64,000 nucleotides of DNA from Patescibacteria group bacterium (GCA_018971685.1 JAGXAG010000003.1:24366-88365); one strand, 5' to 3'; counted from the stretch's first letter, positions 22,014 through 31,893 are shown. Program-made: numbers and translations. The notes: generated by a model from the sequence alone, not told the origin.

Positions 22014-23372
22014 TTATTTCGACAACAAGGTGTCTATTCTATTAATATCTCTTGGAAACAGTGTGGCTTCTTTGACATTGTCAATATCGAGTAATTTCGC
22101 TGTTAACCTTTCCAGACCCATACCGAGCCCGCCGTGCGGGGGCATGCCGTATTTGAAAGCTTGCAGATAATAGACGAATTTGTCGGGATTTAATCCCTTG
22201 TCTTTCATTGAAGATACCAGGGCATCGTAATCGTGTATGCGTTGCGCCCCTGTGGTAATCTCTACGCCTCGGAACAACAAATCGAAGCCTTTCGTGTAAG
22301 CAGGATCCTTTTCATCTCGATAAGTATAGAAGGGCCTTTTGGCGGTGGGGAAGTTTGTTATGAATATGAAGTCAGACCCGAATTGCTTTTGGGCATAATC
22401 GCATAACCACCTTTCATGTTCAGGTTCAAGGTCTGGTTCGTTCGTACAATCTTTGTCGGTTTCTTTCGTTATGACCGCTTGGGCTTCGCGCAATGTCATC
22501 TTGGGTATTTCTTTCGGCACAGACGGTATCTTTGCTCCCAGGAGTTTGAATTCTTGAGCGTAGTTGTCTCGCAGGTCACTCTCTAGTTGGCTGAAGAATT
22601 CGTTCTCGATCGTCATTATATCTTTATGATCTTTAATAAAGCCCATTTCTATGTCCATACTGGTGTATTCATTCAAATGTCTGGTGGTACTGTGCTTTTC
22701 GGCCCTATAAACATTGCCTATGGCAAATACCTTTTCGAATACTCCGACCATGATCTGTTTGTACAGTTGAGGGCTTTGTGCCAAATGCGCAGTATGGCCG
22801 AAATACTCTACATCGAAAGAGTTCGCGCCACCTTCGGCATCATCGCCTATGAGTTTCGGCGCTTGGAATTCAACGAATCCTTTGTCGCGGAAAAATTTCC
22901 GGAACGATTCTACGATCTGTGCCTGGACTTTGAATATTGCCGAATGTTTCTCGTCACGCAAAGTGAGCGGTAAGTAGTCGAGGTGGGTGTCGATATTTAT
23001 CTTCGTACCCAATTCGAACGGTAGTTCTTTGGCCCGGCTTAATACTTCAACATTTTTCAATTCGATCTCAATCTCGCCGTTCGGTTCAATCTCGCCGGTT
23101 TCTTTATTCTTGGAAACCATCTTTTCGGGCCTTTTGTTGACGATGCCGGTTGCCTTTACTACCCACTCGGGTCGGACAATGTTCGCGATTTCGTGGGCTT
23201 CTTTGTTATTGGGCAATGCCACGCTTTGCACTTTGCCGCTCACATCTCGCAAATCGATGAATATGAGCTTGCCGTGGTCGCGCCGTACATCGACCCAGCC
23301 GAAAACCGAGACTTCTTGGCCGGTTTTTTCTCGCAAGTTTTTTATATATGTGCGATCGCGCATGATTGGCAT
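22014..23372 (-). CDS. aspS: Aspartyl-tRNA synthetase, short archaeal/non-discriminating type
   Basis: OB fold GWV..RRDHGKLIFIDLRD, LAQSPQLYKQ, YRAE...TTRHLNE, GAQRIHD, GMPPHGG.G.GLERL; no GAD insertion. Confidence 0.92.
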   Translation of the reverse strand: MPIMRDRTYIKNLREKTGQEVSVFGWVDVRRDHGKLIFIDLRDVSGKVQSVALPNNKEAHEIANIVRPEWVVKATGIVNKRPEKMVSKNKETGEIEPNGEIEIELKNVEVLSRAKELPFELGTKINIDTHLDYLPLTLRDEKHSAIFKVQAQIVESFRKFFRDKGFVEFQAPKLIGDDAEGGANSFDVEYFGHTAHLAQSPQLYKQIMVGVFEKVFAIGNVYRAEKHSTTRHLNEYTSMDIEMGFIKDHKDIMTIENEFFSQLESDLRDNYAQEFKLLGAKIPSVPKEIPKMTLREAQAVITKETDKDCTNEPDLEPEHERWLCDYAQKQFGSDFIFITNFPTAKRPFYTYRDEKDPAYTKGFDLLFRGVEITTGAQRIHDYDALVSSMKDKGLNPDKFVYYLQAFKYGMPPHGGLGMGLERLTAKLLDIDNVKEATLFPRDINRIDTLLSK

Positions 23373-23458
23373 ATCATAGCATATATTGTAGTGAAAAATA
23401 AAGATGTTTATGGTGGTTCTATGGCAATTTAGTATCGGTTAATGTATTATATATATCT

Positions 23459-23893
23459 ATGAAAAAAGATATAATCGGCACTGCCCCGGAAGAGCGTTTT
23501 GATGTACTCACAAAGGAGGCATCTGAGAGATTGACTTGTCCTATTTCGACTGTGTCTATTATTGACAACGACCGCGAGTGGTATAAGTCAGTCGTTGGCT
23601 TGAATGAAAAGCAGGCCCCCATAGCAGCTTCATTCTGCGTGCATGCCATGAAGGCTAAAAGCGTATTTCTGGTCGAAGACACACTGAATGATCCTCGTTT
23701 TGTCAATAACCCAATGGTTGTTAATCCGCCGAAAATCCGTGCTTATGCCGGAGTGGCATTATATGATAGAAAGTCTGAAATGCCGCTAGGTGCGTTTTGC
23801 GTGAAAGATATCAAACCGAGAAAATTCACGGTTGAAGAGATAGATGCGTTGGTCGATATAGCGTCACGCGTAGAGGACGAATTGAATAAATAG
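23459..23893 (+). CDS. Stand-alone GAF domain protein
   Basis: PEERFD..T, SFC.HA, VEDT..DPRF..NP.V, IRAYAGV.L, GAFCV.D.KPR. Confidence 0.88.
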   Translation: MKKDIIGTAPEERFDVLTKEASERLTCPISTVSIIDNDREWYKSVVGLNEKQAPIAASFCVHAMKAKSVFLVEDTLNDPRFVNNPMVVNPPKIRAYAGVALYDRKSEMPLGAFCVKDIKPRKFTVEEIDALVDIASRVEDELNK

Positions 23894-23926
23894 TCGATAT
23901 TATCAACAGTAAACTTAAAAATTATT

Positions 23927-24169
23927 ATGATGTGGGGATATTATGGCAATAATATGTGGAATGGCTTCTGGCCGTGGAGTGTTGTAGGCGGCTTGGTGCA
24001 AGTACTTATTGTAGTTTTTATCATAATGGTCATCGTGCGCGTAGTCAGGCACGAAAGATGTCATGGCTGGAAAGGCTCTTCGGCCGAGGAAGTATTGAAA
24101 GAAAGGTTTGCCAAGGGGGAAATTACCAAAGAAGAGTACGAGGAAAAATTGAAAGTGATTCGCGGATAG
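23927..24169 (+). CDS. SHOCT-domain membrane protein
   Basis: TM helix + AEEVLKERFAKGEITKEEYEE. Confidence 0.88.
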   Translation: MMWGYYGNNMWNGFWPWSVVGGLVQVLIVVFIIMVIVRVVRHERCHGWKGSSAEEVLKERFAKGEITKEEYEEKLKVIRG

Positions 24170-24195
24170 TTCGCTGTGTTTACCGATGTTTATCG

Positions 24196-24206
24196 AGGTC
24201 GGACCT
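24196..24206. repeat. REP-like palindrome core AGGTCGGACCT
   Basis: Exact core shared with copies at 25301, 57688 and 60893. Confidence 0.6.
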
Positions 24207-24263
24207 TAGCGAGCGTGCATGAACACAAAACTCTCTTTCTGTAATTTCTGCTAGAATTAGTCC

Positions 24264-25280
24264 ATGACCGAAATTTCGTCGATAATAAAAGAGAAGGCGC
24301 CGCTCATTCTCGCCGAAATAAAGAAGGCGAACTCGATTTTGCTGCATTGTCATCCATCACCGGACCCTGATTCGGTAGGTTCGGCTTTGGCGATGAGGTT
24401 CGCGCTGGAGCAAATGGGCAAGAAGGCGACAGTTATCAAAGGCGATTCGGAGATTCCGCTCGCGTTCATGCATTTTCCGGGCGCGAATGAGATTGTGCGG
24501 AAGAATTTCTTTGAAATTGATTTGAAAGAATTTGATTTGTTTTTGAGTTTGGACAGTGCAAGCACGGGTATGATTTCAAGGCGTGGGGAAATGAAAGCAC
24601 CTTTGCCGATAAGGACGATCAATATTGACCATCACCCGTCGAATACTTCATACGGCGAGATCAATCTTGTAGATCCCGCATCGCCGGCGCTGGCTTTTAT
24701 GCTGTATCAGCTATTCACAACTTGGAACATTGAATTTACTCACGACATATCAGTCGACTTATTTGTCGGCATGTACACTGACACCGGAGGTTTCAAATAT
24801 GAAGGTGTAAGTTATCGCGTACTGGAAGCGGCCGCCGAACTGAGCAAGATCGCTCCGGATTTTACCAAAGCGCTTTTCATATTGGATAATAGCAATCAAA
24901 AAGACGCGATTTACTTCGATGCGGCGGCGTTAAATTCGGTGAAGACTTATTTGAATGATAATATTGTAATCGCTACGGTTTCTCAGGCTGATCTGAAGGC
25001 AAGATCCATCTCTCCGGCGGTAGCGGGCGGAAGCGAGGTTGAGAATCGGTTGAAATCAGTGATCGGCTGGAATATCAGCGCGTTACTGACTGAAATTGAC
25101 CCGGACAAAATAAAAATAAGTTTTCGAACCAGGGATGCCGATAAATTCGATGTCTCCAAGCTTGCGGTTGCGCTCGGCGGCGGAGGACACAAGGCGACTT
25201 CGGGCGCGTTACTGGAAATGCCACTTGAGGAGGCGAAGGCGGCAGTTGTGTCAAAAGCCAAAGAGCTTTACAATCTGTAG
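24264..25280 (+). CDS. nrnA: DHH/DHHA1 phosphoesterase (NrnA-like)
   Basis: HPSPDPDSVGS, IDHH, TDTGGF, SFRT, GGGGH. Confidence 0.9.
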   Translation: MTEISSIIKEKAPLILAEIKKANSILLHCHPSPDPDSVGSALAMRFALEQMGKKATVIKGDSEIPLAFMHFPGANEIVRKNFFEIDLKEFDLFLSLDSASTGMISRRGEMKAPLPIRTINIDHHPSNTSYGEINLVDPASPALAFMLYQLFTTWNIEFTHDISVDLFVGMYTDTGGFKYEGVSYRVLEAAAELSKIAPDFTKALFILDNSNQKDAIYFDAAALNSVKTYLNDNIVIATVSQADLKARSISPAVAGGSEVENRLKSVIGWNISALLTEIDPDKIKISFRTRDADKFDVSKLAVALGGGGHKATSGALLEMPLEEAKAAVVSKAKELYNL

Positions 25281-25295
25281 CATTAACGGTAATGT

Positions 25296-25316
25296 TTCCA
25301 AGGTCGGACCTTGGAA
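25296..25316. repeat. REP-like palindrome TTCCAAGGTCGGACCTTGGAA
   Basis: 21-nt palindrome, most complete family member. Confidence 0.75.
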
Positions 25317-25325
25317 TGTAAAAAT

Positions 25326-26060
25326 ATGAAAAGAAACATCACAATCGCAGTAGTCGCAGTCATCGTCATCGCCGCAGCATGGTTATTATTGGATCACCGT
25401 TCACCGTACCCGATGAGCCCGGAGGAAATATTAAACCCCGCCACTTCGACGATGCAGATCAACGGGGAGAATTCAACATCGACTTCAACGGCACAAACAA
25501 ACAATACTTCGTCTTCAACAATTAACAACCAGCAACCAGACCAAGCGCAAACCGCCGGCACTAATCTTCCGCCAAACAAAAACTTCATGCACACCGTAAC
25601 CATACAAACCAATAAAGGCACGATCGTCTTCGAAACCTATGACGCCGATGCGCCGAATACCGTCAAGAATTTCATCACGCTCGCCGATAAAGGATTTTAT
25701 AATGGCCTTATCTTCCACCGGGTTATCAACGGCTTCATGATCCAAGGCGGCGATCCGACCGGCACCGGCATGGGCGGTCCGGGCTATAAATTCGCCGACG
25801 AATTGAATCCGAACACGGTTTCATATAAAGCCGGCTATGTGCGCGGCACGGTCGCTATGGCCAACGCCGGTCCCGATACCAACGGCTCGCAATTCTTCAT
25901 CATGCAGAAAGACAACGCTTTGCCGCACGATTACACGATTTTCGGCAAGGTCATTTCCGGCATGGATGTAGTCGACGCTATCGCTTCGGTAAAGACCGAC
26001 CAGTATAAAAAGCCGCTTACGCCAGTCACCATGTCCAAAGTGACAGTGGCGACAAATTAG
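25326..26060 (+). CDS. Cyclophilin-type peptidyl-prolyl isomerase, membrane anchored
   Basis: TM, Thr/Ser/Asn linker, FHRVINGFMIQGGDP, AMANAGPDTNGSQFFI, YTIFGKV. Confidence 0.95.
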   Translation: MKRNITIAVVAVIVIAAAWLLLDHRSPYPMSPEEILNPATSTMQINGENSTSTSTAQTNNTSSSTINNQQPDQAQTAGTNLPPNKNFMHTVTIQTNKGTIVFETYDADAPNTVKNFITLADKGFYNGLIFHRVINGFMIQGGDPTGTGMGGPGYKFADELNPNTVSYKAGYVRGTVAMANAGPDTNGSQFFIMQKDNALPHDYTIFGKVISGMDVVDAIASVKTDQYKKPLTPVTMSKVTVATN

Positions 26061-26135
26061 GTAAAGGCACATCAACCGTTGGACAGTTGTGTTTTTCACA
26101 AGAAGTTGTAGTATCTTGTACAGAAAGGTCACAAC

Positions 26136-26483
26136 ATGAAAAAAGAGCGTTTTTCTTATGTGTTACCAATAGGCGATTACACGAACCGTTGTATTGCCGA
26201 ATACCTTGATGACCGAAAAACAGACGCCGAGAAAAAGAAATGCGTACGAGGCGCCAAAGAGCCGATCGGTGTCTGGGAAATGACGCATGACGAGGTACTG
26301 GCGTTGGTGGAAAGTCGAAAAAATCTCAATTTTAGATTCAAGGTCTACGAATCTACGCCACTCGGTGATCTCGAGGAAAGTTTGGTATCTGTCATTTCGC
26401 CGGACAAGGTAGGCGGTAACAACGCTTCCAACGCCAAAGTCCGAGCCGTAAAGCGGCGGCTCTGCAAACTTGCCGGGAAATGA
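26136..26483 (+). CDS. Hypothetical protein
   Basis: 115-aa ORF with SD-like GAAAGG and a downstream hairpin. Confidence 0.6.
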   Translation: MKKERFSYVLPIGDYTNRCIAEYLDDRKTDAEKKKCVRGAKEPIGVWEMTHDEVLALVESRKNLNFRFKVYESTPLGDLEESLVSVISPDKVGGNNASNAKVRAVKRRLCKLAGK

Positions 26484-26510
26484 CGCGGATTCGAGGATAT
26501 TTTTTGTCGC

Positions 26511-26534
26511 GCCGGCCGTATTACGGCCGGTTTT
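26511..26534. terminator. Hairpin terminator between convergent genes
   Basis: GCCGGCCGTA-T-TACGGCCGGTTTT. Confidence 0.65.
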
Positions 26535-26552
26535 CATTTATTAAAAAGCGGC

Positions 26553-26984
26553 TCACGCCGGAGCCGCCCTGAGGGATAGGAACTTGTCGCGTTGTCTCGC
26601 GACTGCACCTATGACTTTACCGTAAGTGGTCATTGGTGGATCCAAGATATTTACGACGACAGCTCTAATCCCGCCGTCTGGATGCTCTCGTTCAAATCTG
26701 AGAGCGTTCATTTGGGAGCTTTTGATGTTTATAAAGATTGGACCTACATCAACAGTATGGAACATGAAGTCAACACCTTTTTTGTCCATTGTTGAGTATT
26801 TCTTCTTTCTCTCCCAACCCAAAAGCCATGAAGGGAGCTTATCTTCCGACTCGGCTTTATCGAAAACCTCCTCCACATACTTTTCGGCGCGGTCTCCAAG
26901 TTCCAAGGCAATCCGTCCAAAGATCGCGCTGATTTTCGGGTTGAACTTCTTCGGCACCCTGACTCTTTTTACAAAGTGTCTCAA
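26553..26984 (-). CDS. Hypothetical protein with PD-(D/E)XK-like signature
   Basis: Strong SD AAAGGAGGTGA before TTG 26984; D..GVDF...FINIKSS. Confidence 0.6.
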   Translation of the reverse strand: MRHFVKRVRVPKKFNPKISAIFGRIALELGDRAEKYVEEVFDKAESEDKLPSWLLGWERKKKYSTMDKKGVDFMFHTVDVGPIFINIKSSQMNALRFEREHPDGGIRAVVVNILDPPMTTYGKVIGAVARQRDKFLSLRAAPA

Positions 26985-27135
26985 TGTTATCACCTCCTTT
27001 CTATAGGATATGTAATGATATTTGCATGAAAAAGTCAATAGCCAGCCGAAATCTTTAATATTCTTTCCAATCGGAATTTGCAATAGTTATTTTACAAATT
27101 TCTAAAATAGACTGGCTCGTGGTACCATTCAATCC

Positions 27136-27930
27136 ATGAGTGAATACTACAAACCGAGAAAAACGCGCGGATTGTTCGATCCGAGATCGGAAGAGCCGTA
27201 TAGAATAAGCAGGAGCAAGATCGACTTGTTCGTGGAGTGCCCGCTGTGTTTCTACTTGGACGCCAGGCTGGGCGTGGCACGGCCACCATCGTACCCATTG
27301 ACCTTGAATGTTGCCGTCGACGAACTATTGAAGAAGGAATTCGACACGCATAGAGTCGCCAAGACGCGCCACCCGTTCATGGAAACTTACAAGATCGACG
27401 CTGTGCCGTTCGACCACCCCAAAATGGAAGAGTGGAGAGACTCGTTGCGCCGCGGCATCGAATTCGTGCATCCTGAGACCAACCTATCCGTGCGCGGTGG
27501 CGTTGACGATGTCTGGGTCAACCCCAAAGGTGAACTTATCATCGTCGATTACAAAGCCACTTCCAAGCGCGACGAGATCACCCTCGAAGGCAAACTCGGC
27601 GCACAATACAAGCGGCAGATGGAGGTTTACCAGTGGCTCTTCCGGCAGAACGGCTTCAAGGTCTCTCCGACCGGCTATTTCGTCTATGTCAATGGCAATA
27701 AGGACGCTGAAGCCTTCGATAAGAAGCTTGAATTCAATGTCGTGCTTTTGCCATGCAAAGGCGATCCCTCCTGGCTCGAGCCCGTTCTCCTCAAATTGAA
27801 GCAAACCCTTCTCTCAGGCACTCCTCCGGCCCCCGGCGCCGACTGCGACTTTTGTGCTTACCGCAAAGCCGCCCGCGATGTACAAGTCGATGCCAAAAAC
27901 ACCGCGAAAAATAAAAAGTTGAAGCTCTGA
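27136..27930 (+). CDS. PD-(D/E)XK nuclease family protein (Cas4/AddB-like, probable Fe-S)
   Basis: SRSKI..F.ECP.CFY, GGVDD, IVDYKAT, QMEVY, C-terminal CDFC. Confidence 0.88.
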   Translation: MSEYYKPRKTRGLFDPRSEEPYRISRSKIDLFVECPLCFYLDARLGVARPPSYPLTLNVAVDELLKKEFDTHRVAKTRHPFMETYKIDAVPFDHPKMEEWRDSLRRGIEFVHPETNLSVRGGVDDVWVNPKGELIIVDYKATSKRDEITLEGKLGAQYKRQMEVYQWLFRQNGFKVSPTGYFVYVNGNKDAEAFDKKLEFNVVLLPCKGDPSWLEPVLLKLKQTLLSGTPPAPGADCDFCAYRKAARDVQVDAKNTAKNKKLKL

Positions 27931-28091
27931 TGTCGCCGGCGTAGATATTTTCTTGGTTTATCTTACCAAGTTATTCCAGAATGTATCCTCTTTCTTATCG
28001 ATAATTCATGGAATATTGAATGCAAGATTGAAAATATCAGCAGAACATTCGTTTTATCTGACAGTTGAACCGACCGTTTTCCCATCTTTGT

Positions 28092-29579
28092 TCAAGGAGA
28101 TTTATCGCGCGATCTTTCAGTCTTGGTATGGTTTTGCCCATTCTTTTTTATCGGTATTGTGACGACGCACACAGTGCCTATACTGTGTTTACTTTCGATC
28201 TTGAATTCTCCGCCAAGTTCTTCAACGACCGCTCTCGTCGTCATAAGCCCTCTGCCGGTGCCGTTTGGTTTGGTTGTGAATGGCCGCCTACCTAACTTGT
28301 CAGACAATTCAGCCGGAATACCGCAACCGTTATCCGTCACTTGGAAAACCGCCCGGTCGCCGGTTTTTTCGAGAGATATGATTATGCTTTTTGGATATGC
28401 TTCGATGGCATTCGAGACCAGATTTAAGAACATCTGATGAATCCTTATAGGTTCGACAGGAATGGAAACCTGATCGCACTTCCCGACCGTGATTTTGATG
28501 CCAGCGACGCGTGCCTTATAAGCGGTGAGGTCTTTCACTATCTGAACCTCCTTGGCCAGATTTGTGGTATTTTCACCAACGCAACCTGTGCAATCGCTTG
28601 CGCGTCTGATACTCGTCATGAATGATTTCATCCGCCGTGAAGCGGCCAGCGTCTTTTCCACCATTTCCGCCGTCTCTTCAGGATGATTGGGCGCTTTGGC
28701 CATGTGTTCTACATAAAGAGCCAATGACGATAACGGGTTCATCAGGTCGTGGAACAAGCCTTGGGACAACTCTCCAAACCGGGCGTTTTCTTCAAGATCA
28801 GAAAATCTTTTTCTTTCCGAAGCCAACATGTCCTCGGTACGCTCAGCCACAATCCGCTCGAGGGAATTCCTCTCCTGTTCCAATAATTTTTCAGAATGTC
28901 TGGCTCTGTATAATGATTTGTCGATTTCCCGGTTCGATAGCCAGGAAATAAAACTTAAGAAGAAGAATATTGAAACATAACTAGCCAGATCGGTCGCGCT
29001 GATGATCCGCATGTGCCAATCGGGCACGCCCATTACGAACGCTTCACGCCAGCCAAGCGCGATCGAAGCGAGCACCATGATTACGGCCGTAAAGAAACCT
29101 ATTCCGGAGCCGAGAAGTATGCTAGCCGTGACTATCACCAAAGTATTGGTGAGCAAAGTAGCCGGCAAGCTTTCTCCATACAACCACCCAGATAACATTG
29201 CACCTATGGCGAACAATGAGGTAAGCATATAAGCGGCCAAGACGGGCCGACCTCTTTTGGATATTATGAACAACAAGACAAGGAAGCTCGGAATAGATGC
29301 AAATACTAACGGATGAATACCATCATAATCTTCTCCAAACCTGGACCAGTTCAGCAATTTCGTTACGAAGAGTATTGACAGCAGAAATATTGATACCATT
29401 AATACGGTATTTAACAGGTATTCGTGCCGGCGAGTATCTTCATCTGCTGAACACGGTCCTATTATCTTGCCGATTGTTTTCGCCGCCCGAATCTTAAATA
29501 TCCGAGCGGCGCGAACAACCATCGAGCCGAAAGTGCTTCGAGAAAATTTGCCTAAATTCTCGAAAGCGTAGGGAACCAT
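28092..29579 (-). CDS. Multi-pass membrane sensor histidine kinase
   Basis: About 6 TM helices; H-box FHDLMNPL, N-box NLVSNA, DNGCGI, FTTK, GTGRGL. Confidence 0.93.
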   Translation of the reverse strand: MVPYAFENLGKFSRSTFGSMVVRAARIFKIRAAKTIGKIIGPCSADEDTRRHEYLLNTVLMVSIFLLSILFVTKLLNWSRFGEDYDGIHPLVFASIPSFLVLLFIISKRGRPVLAAYMLTSLFAIGAMLSGWLYGESLPATLLTNTLVIVTASILLGSGIGFFTAVIMVLASIALGWREAFVMGVPDWHMRIISATDLASYVSIFFFLSFISWLSNREIDKSLYRARHSEKLLEQERNSLERIVAERTEDMLASERKRFSDLEENARFGELSQGLFHDLMNPLSSLALYVEHMAKAPNHPEETAEMVEKTLAASRRMKSFMTSIRRASDCTGCVGENTTNLAKEVQIVKDLTAYKARVAGIKITVGKCDQVSIPVEPIRIHQMFLNLVSNAIEAYPKSIIISLEKTGDRAVFQVTDNGCGIPAELSDKLGRRPFTTKPNGTGRGLMTTRAVVEELGGEFKIESKHSIGTVCVVTIPIKKNGQNHTKTERSRDKSP

Positions 29580-29716
29580 GCTAGCCGTTCCAAGGCACCA
29601 ATTCTTCGGCCTGGTTTCCGGAAGTTACGGGCTCCCGGGAAAGGTTTTGAGCTTTCTCCATTTTCGTCACGAATGAAATGGTTACTAATTGTTATGTCGA
29701 CTACATAACCATTACC

Positions 29717-29792
29717 AGCCTATCAGATCGCGATTACGGCGCGGTTACGAAGTGATAACAGATCGATAACAAAAGTATGACTTTTCAATGAC
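29717..29792 (-). promoter_or_regulatory. Six 11-bp-period boxes plus -10 upstream of the histidine kinase
   Basis: Minus strand: GTCAT 29792, GTCAT 29781, GTTAT 29770, GTTAT 29759, GTAAC 29748, GTAAT 29737; TAGGCT 29722-29717. Confidence 0.8.
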
Positions 29793-29800
29793 AAAAGCTG

Positions 29801-30499
29801 TCAAATCGCTGAAAATCGCCTCAAATTTGCCGGCGTGTCTATGATGTAACCTCTGCCCTGGATGTTAGATATCAGATTCGCGCCATGGCTGCGGTTCAAC
29901 TTCTTGCGCAGACGAGCCATATGAGCTTCGACGGTATTTGACATAGGATCGCTGTCAGCCGTCCAAACATGTTCCATGATCATGGGTCTGGAGACTATCT
30001 TGCCTATGTGACGCATCAGATATTCCAAAAGACAGAATTCTTTCTTGGTAAGGTGAACGAGTTTGCCTTTTCGCCGCGCTGTTTGCGTTTCGGTGTCAAG
30101 CGACAAGTCAGCTACCGAAAAAACCGGTTTTCGTATGATATCCGGCCGGCGTGCCACAGCTTTTATTCTGGCGCGCAACTCCTCAAATGAGAAAGGCTTT
30201 GTAATATAATCATCCGCACCTTTGGCAAAAGCCGCGACTTTGATAGAAGTCTCATCAGCCACGGAAAGGAAAAGTATGGGCGTAGTCTTACCGGCACGAC
30301 GAATATCGTCGCAGACTTCCAAGCCGTTCTTTTTCGGCAGAGAATAATCCAAGACAACGACATCGTAGTTGTAACTTCGTGCCAGGAATGAGCCGTCCGC
30401 ACCGTCCGGCGCGATCTCGACAGCGTGAGATTCCGATTCGAGTTCCAATTTTATCATTTCCGCGGTCTCGCGATCATCCTCGACGATCAAGATTTTCAT
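29801..30499 (-). CDS. OmpR/PhoB-family DNA-binding response regulator
   Basis: ILIVEDD, VLD.SLP, GADDYITKPF, winged helix LTKKEF.LLEYL..., NTVEAHMARLRKKL, GRGY. Confidence 0.95.
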   Translation of the reverse strand: MKILIVEDDRETAEMIKLELESESHAVEIAPDGADGSFLARSYNYDVVVLDYSLPKKNGLEVCDDIRRAGKTTPILFLSVADETSIKVAAFAKGADDYITKPFSFEELRARIKAVARRPDIIRKPVFSVADLSLDTETQTARRKGKLVHLTKKEFCLLEYLMRHIGKIVSRPMIMEHVWTADSDPMSNTVEAHMARLRKKLNRSHGANLISNIQGRGYIIDTPANLRRFSAI

Positions 30500-30507
30500 A
30501 AATTGAA

Positions 30508-31725
30508 TTACTTTAGTTTAGATCTCCTGAGAAATGCCGGAATCGGACCCCAATCGTCGTCCTCGTCTTTCTCCTTGGCGTCTTTTTTGATTTCGATCTT
30601 GATCGGTTCCGTAGGTTTTTTCTGTTCCGGCAGGGAATTGAATATTCGTCCCCGGTCTTTTTCTCCGGAACGCGCCAAAGTTGACACTGCAGATTCGGCC
30701 AAAGGCGCTTGAGCCGCGGAAGAAACACCGGTACCCGAATGCGCTTTTACTGTTTGGCCGTTCGCCGCCGCTTCCGGAAAACCGGTAGCTATGACCGTAA
30801 CCTTGATCTCGTTCTTTTTGAGCTTGTCATCCCGCACGGTTCCGAATATGATCTTGGCTTCGGGATCGATTGACTCGGTAATAACTTTGGCTGCATCTTG
30901 TATTTCGAACATGGTCAGATCCTCGCCACCCGCTATGGAGAACAGTACGCCCTTGGCGCCGTTTATCGAAACATCGAGAAGCGGTGAATTGATGGCCAGC
31001 TTGGCGGCTTCAACGGCGCGATTTTCTCCGGAAGCCGCGCCGATGCCCATCAAAGCCGAGCCGGCATTCTCCATTACTGTTCTGATGTCGGCAAAATCAA
31101 TGTTGATGAGGCCTGGCGTGGTGATAAGATCGGATATGCCTTCGACGGCTTGCCTCAATATTTCGTCGCACATGGCGAAGGCGTTCTTTACAGTTGTCTC
31201 TTTTGAGACCACGGCGAGCAGTTTATCGTTCGGTATTACAATGAGTGCGTCAACTTCTTTGCGCAATTCGTCGAGTGCAGCTTCGGCGATGCGCGACCGC
31301 TGGCGGCCCTCGAAGAAAAACGGCTTGGTGACGACGGCGACAGTCAAGCAGCCAAGCTCTTTCGCCGTGCGGGCAACCATCGGCGCTGCGCCGCTGCAGG
31401 TGCCGCCGCCGAAGCCGCCGGCTACAAAGACCATATCTGCGCCTTTGACGGCTTCCTGGATCTCATCTTTGGTCTCTTCAACGGCACGCCTGCCTAGGTC
31501 AGGGTTCATGCCGGTGCCGAGGCCGCGTGTCAAATTTTTGCCTATATGGATGCGTTTTTTGGTGAGCGAACGATGAAGGTCCTGGGAATCGGTGTTTACG
31601 GAGATAAAATCAACGCCTTTAACCTTGCTGTTGATCATGTGGTTGACCGCATTACCGCCCGAGCCGCCGACTCCAAGCACTTTTATTCTGGCGAACGCTT
31701 CGATTTCCGGTGTGATGTTGGGCAT
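30508..31725 (-). CDS. ftsZ: Cell division protein FtsZ
   Basis: GVGGSGGNA, NTDSQ, GGGTCSG, IDFAD, C-terminal IPAFLRR. Confidence 0.97.
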   Translation of the reverse strand: MPNITPEIEAFARIKVLGVGGSGGNAVNHMINSKVKGVDFISVNTDSQDLHRSLTKKRIHIGKNLTRGLGTGMNPDLGRRAVEETKDEIQEAVKGADMVFVAGGFGGGTCSGAAPMVARTAKELGCLTVAVVTKPFFFEGRQRSRIAEAALDELRKEVDALIVIPNDKLLAVVSKETTVKNAFAMCDEILRQAVEGISDLITTPGLINIDFADIRTVMENAGSALMGIGAASGENRAVEAAKLAINSPLLDVSINGAKGVLFSIAGGEDLTMFEIQDAAKVITESIDPEAKIIFGTVRDDKLKKNEIKVTVIATGFPEAAANGQTVKAHSGTGVSSAAQAPLAESAVSTLARSGEKDRGRIFNSLPEQKKPTEPIKIEIKKDAKEKDEDDDWGPIPAFLRRSKLK

Positions 31726-31893
31726 GAATGTAAATCTGATTACGGGTAGTTATTGAAACCATATTAACATACGAGCAAAAGGACGCAAGCTTATTTTCCG
31801 TCTCTTTGTTAAAATCTTTCCGGTCAAAATAGATCAAGTCTATCATCTATCGGTCGTTGCTTATGAGTATCGATATGTCTTGCCCGTTCATAA

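Noticed and set aside
27136-27930. Cas4 as part of a CRISPR-Cas system
   Set aside because: No repeat-spacer array or other cas genes in the window.
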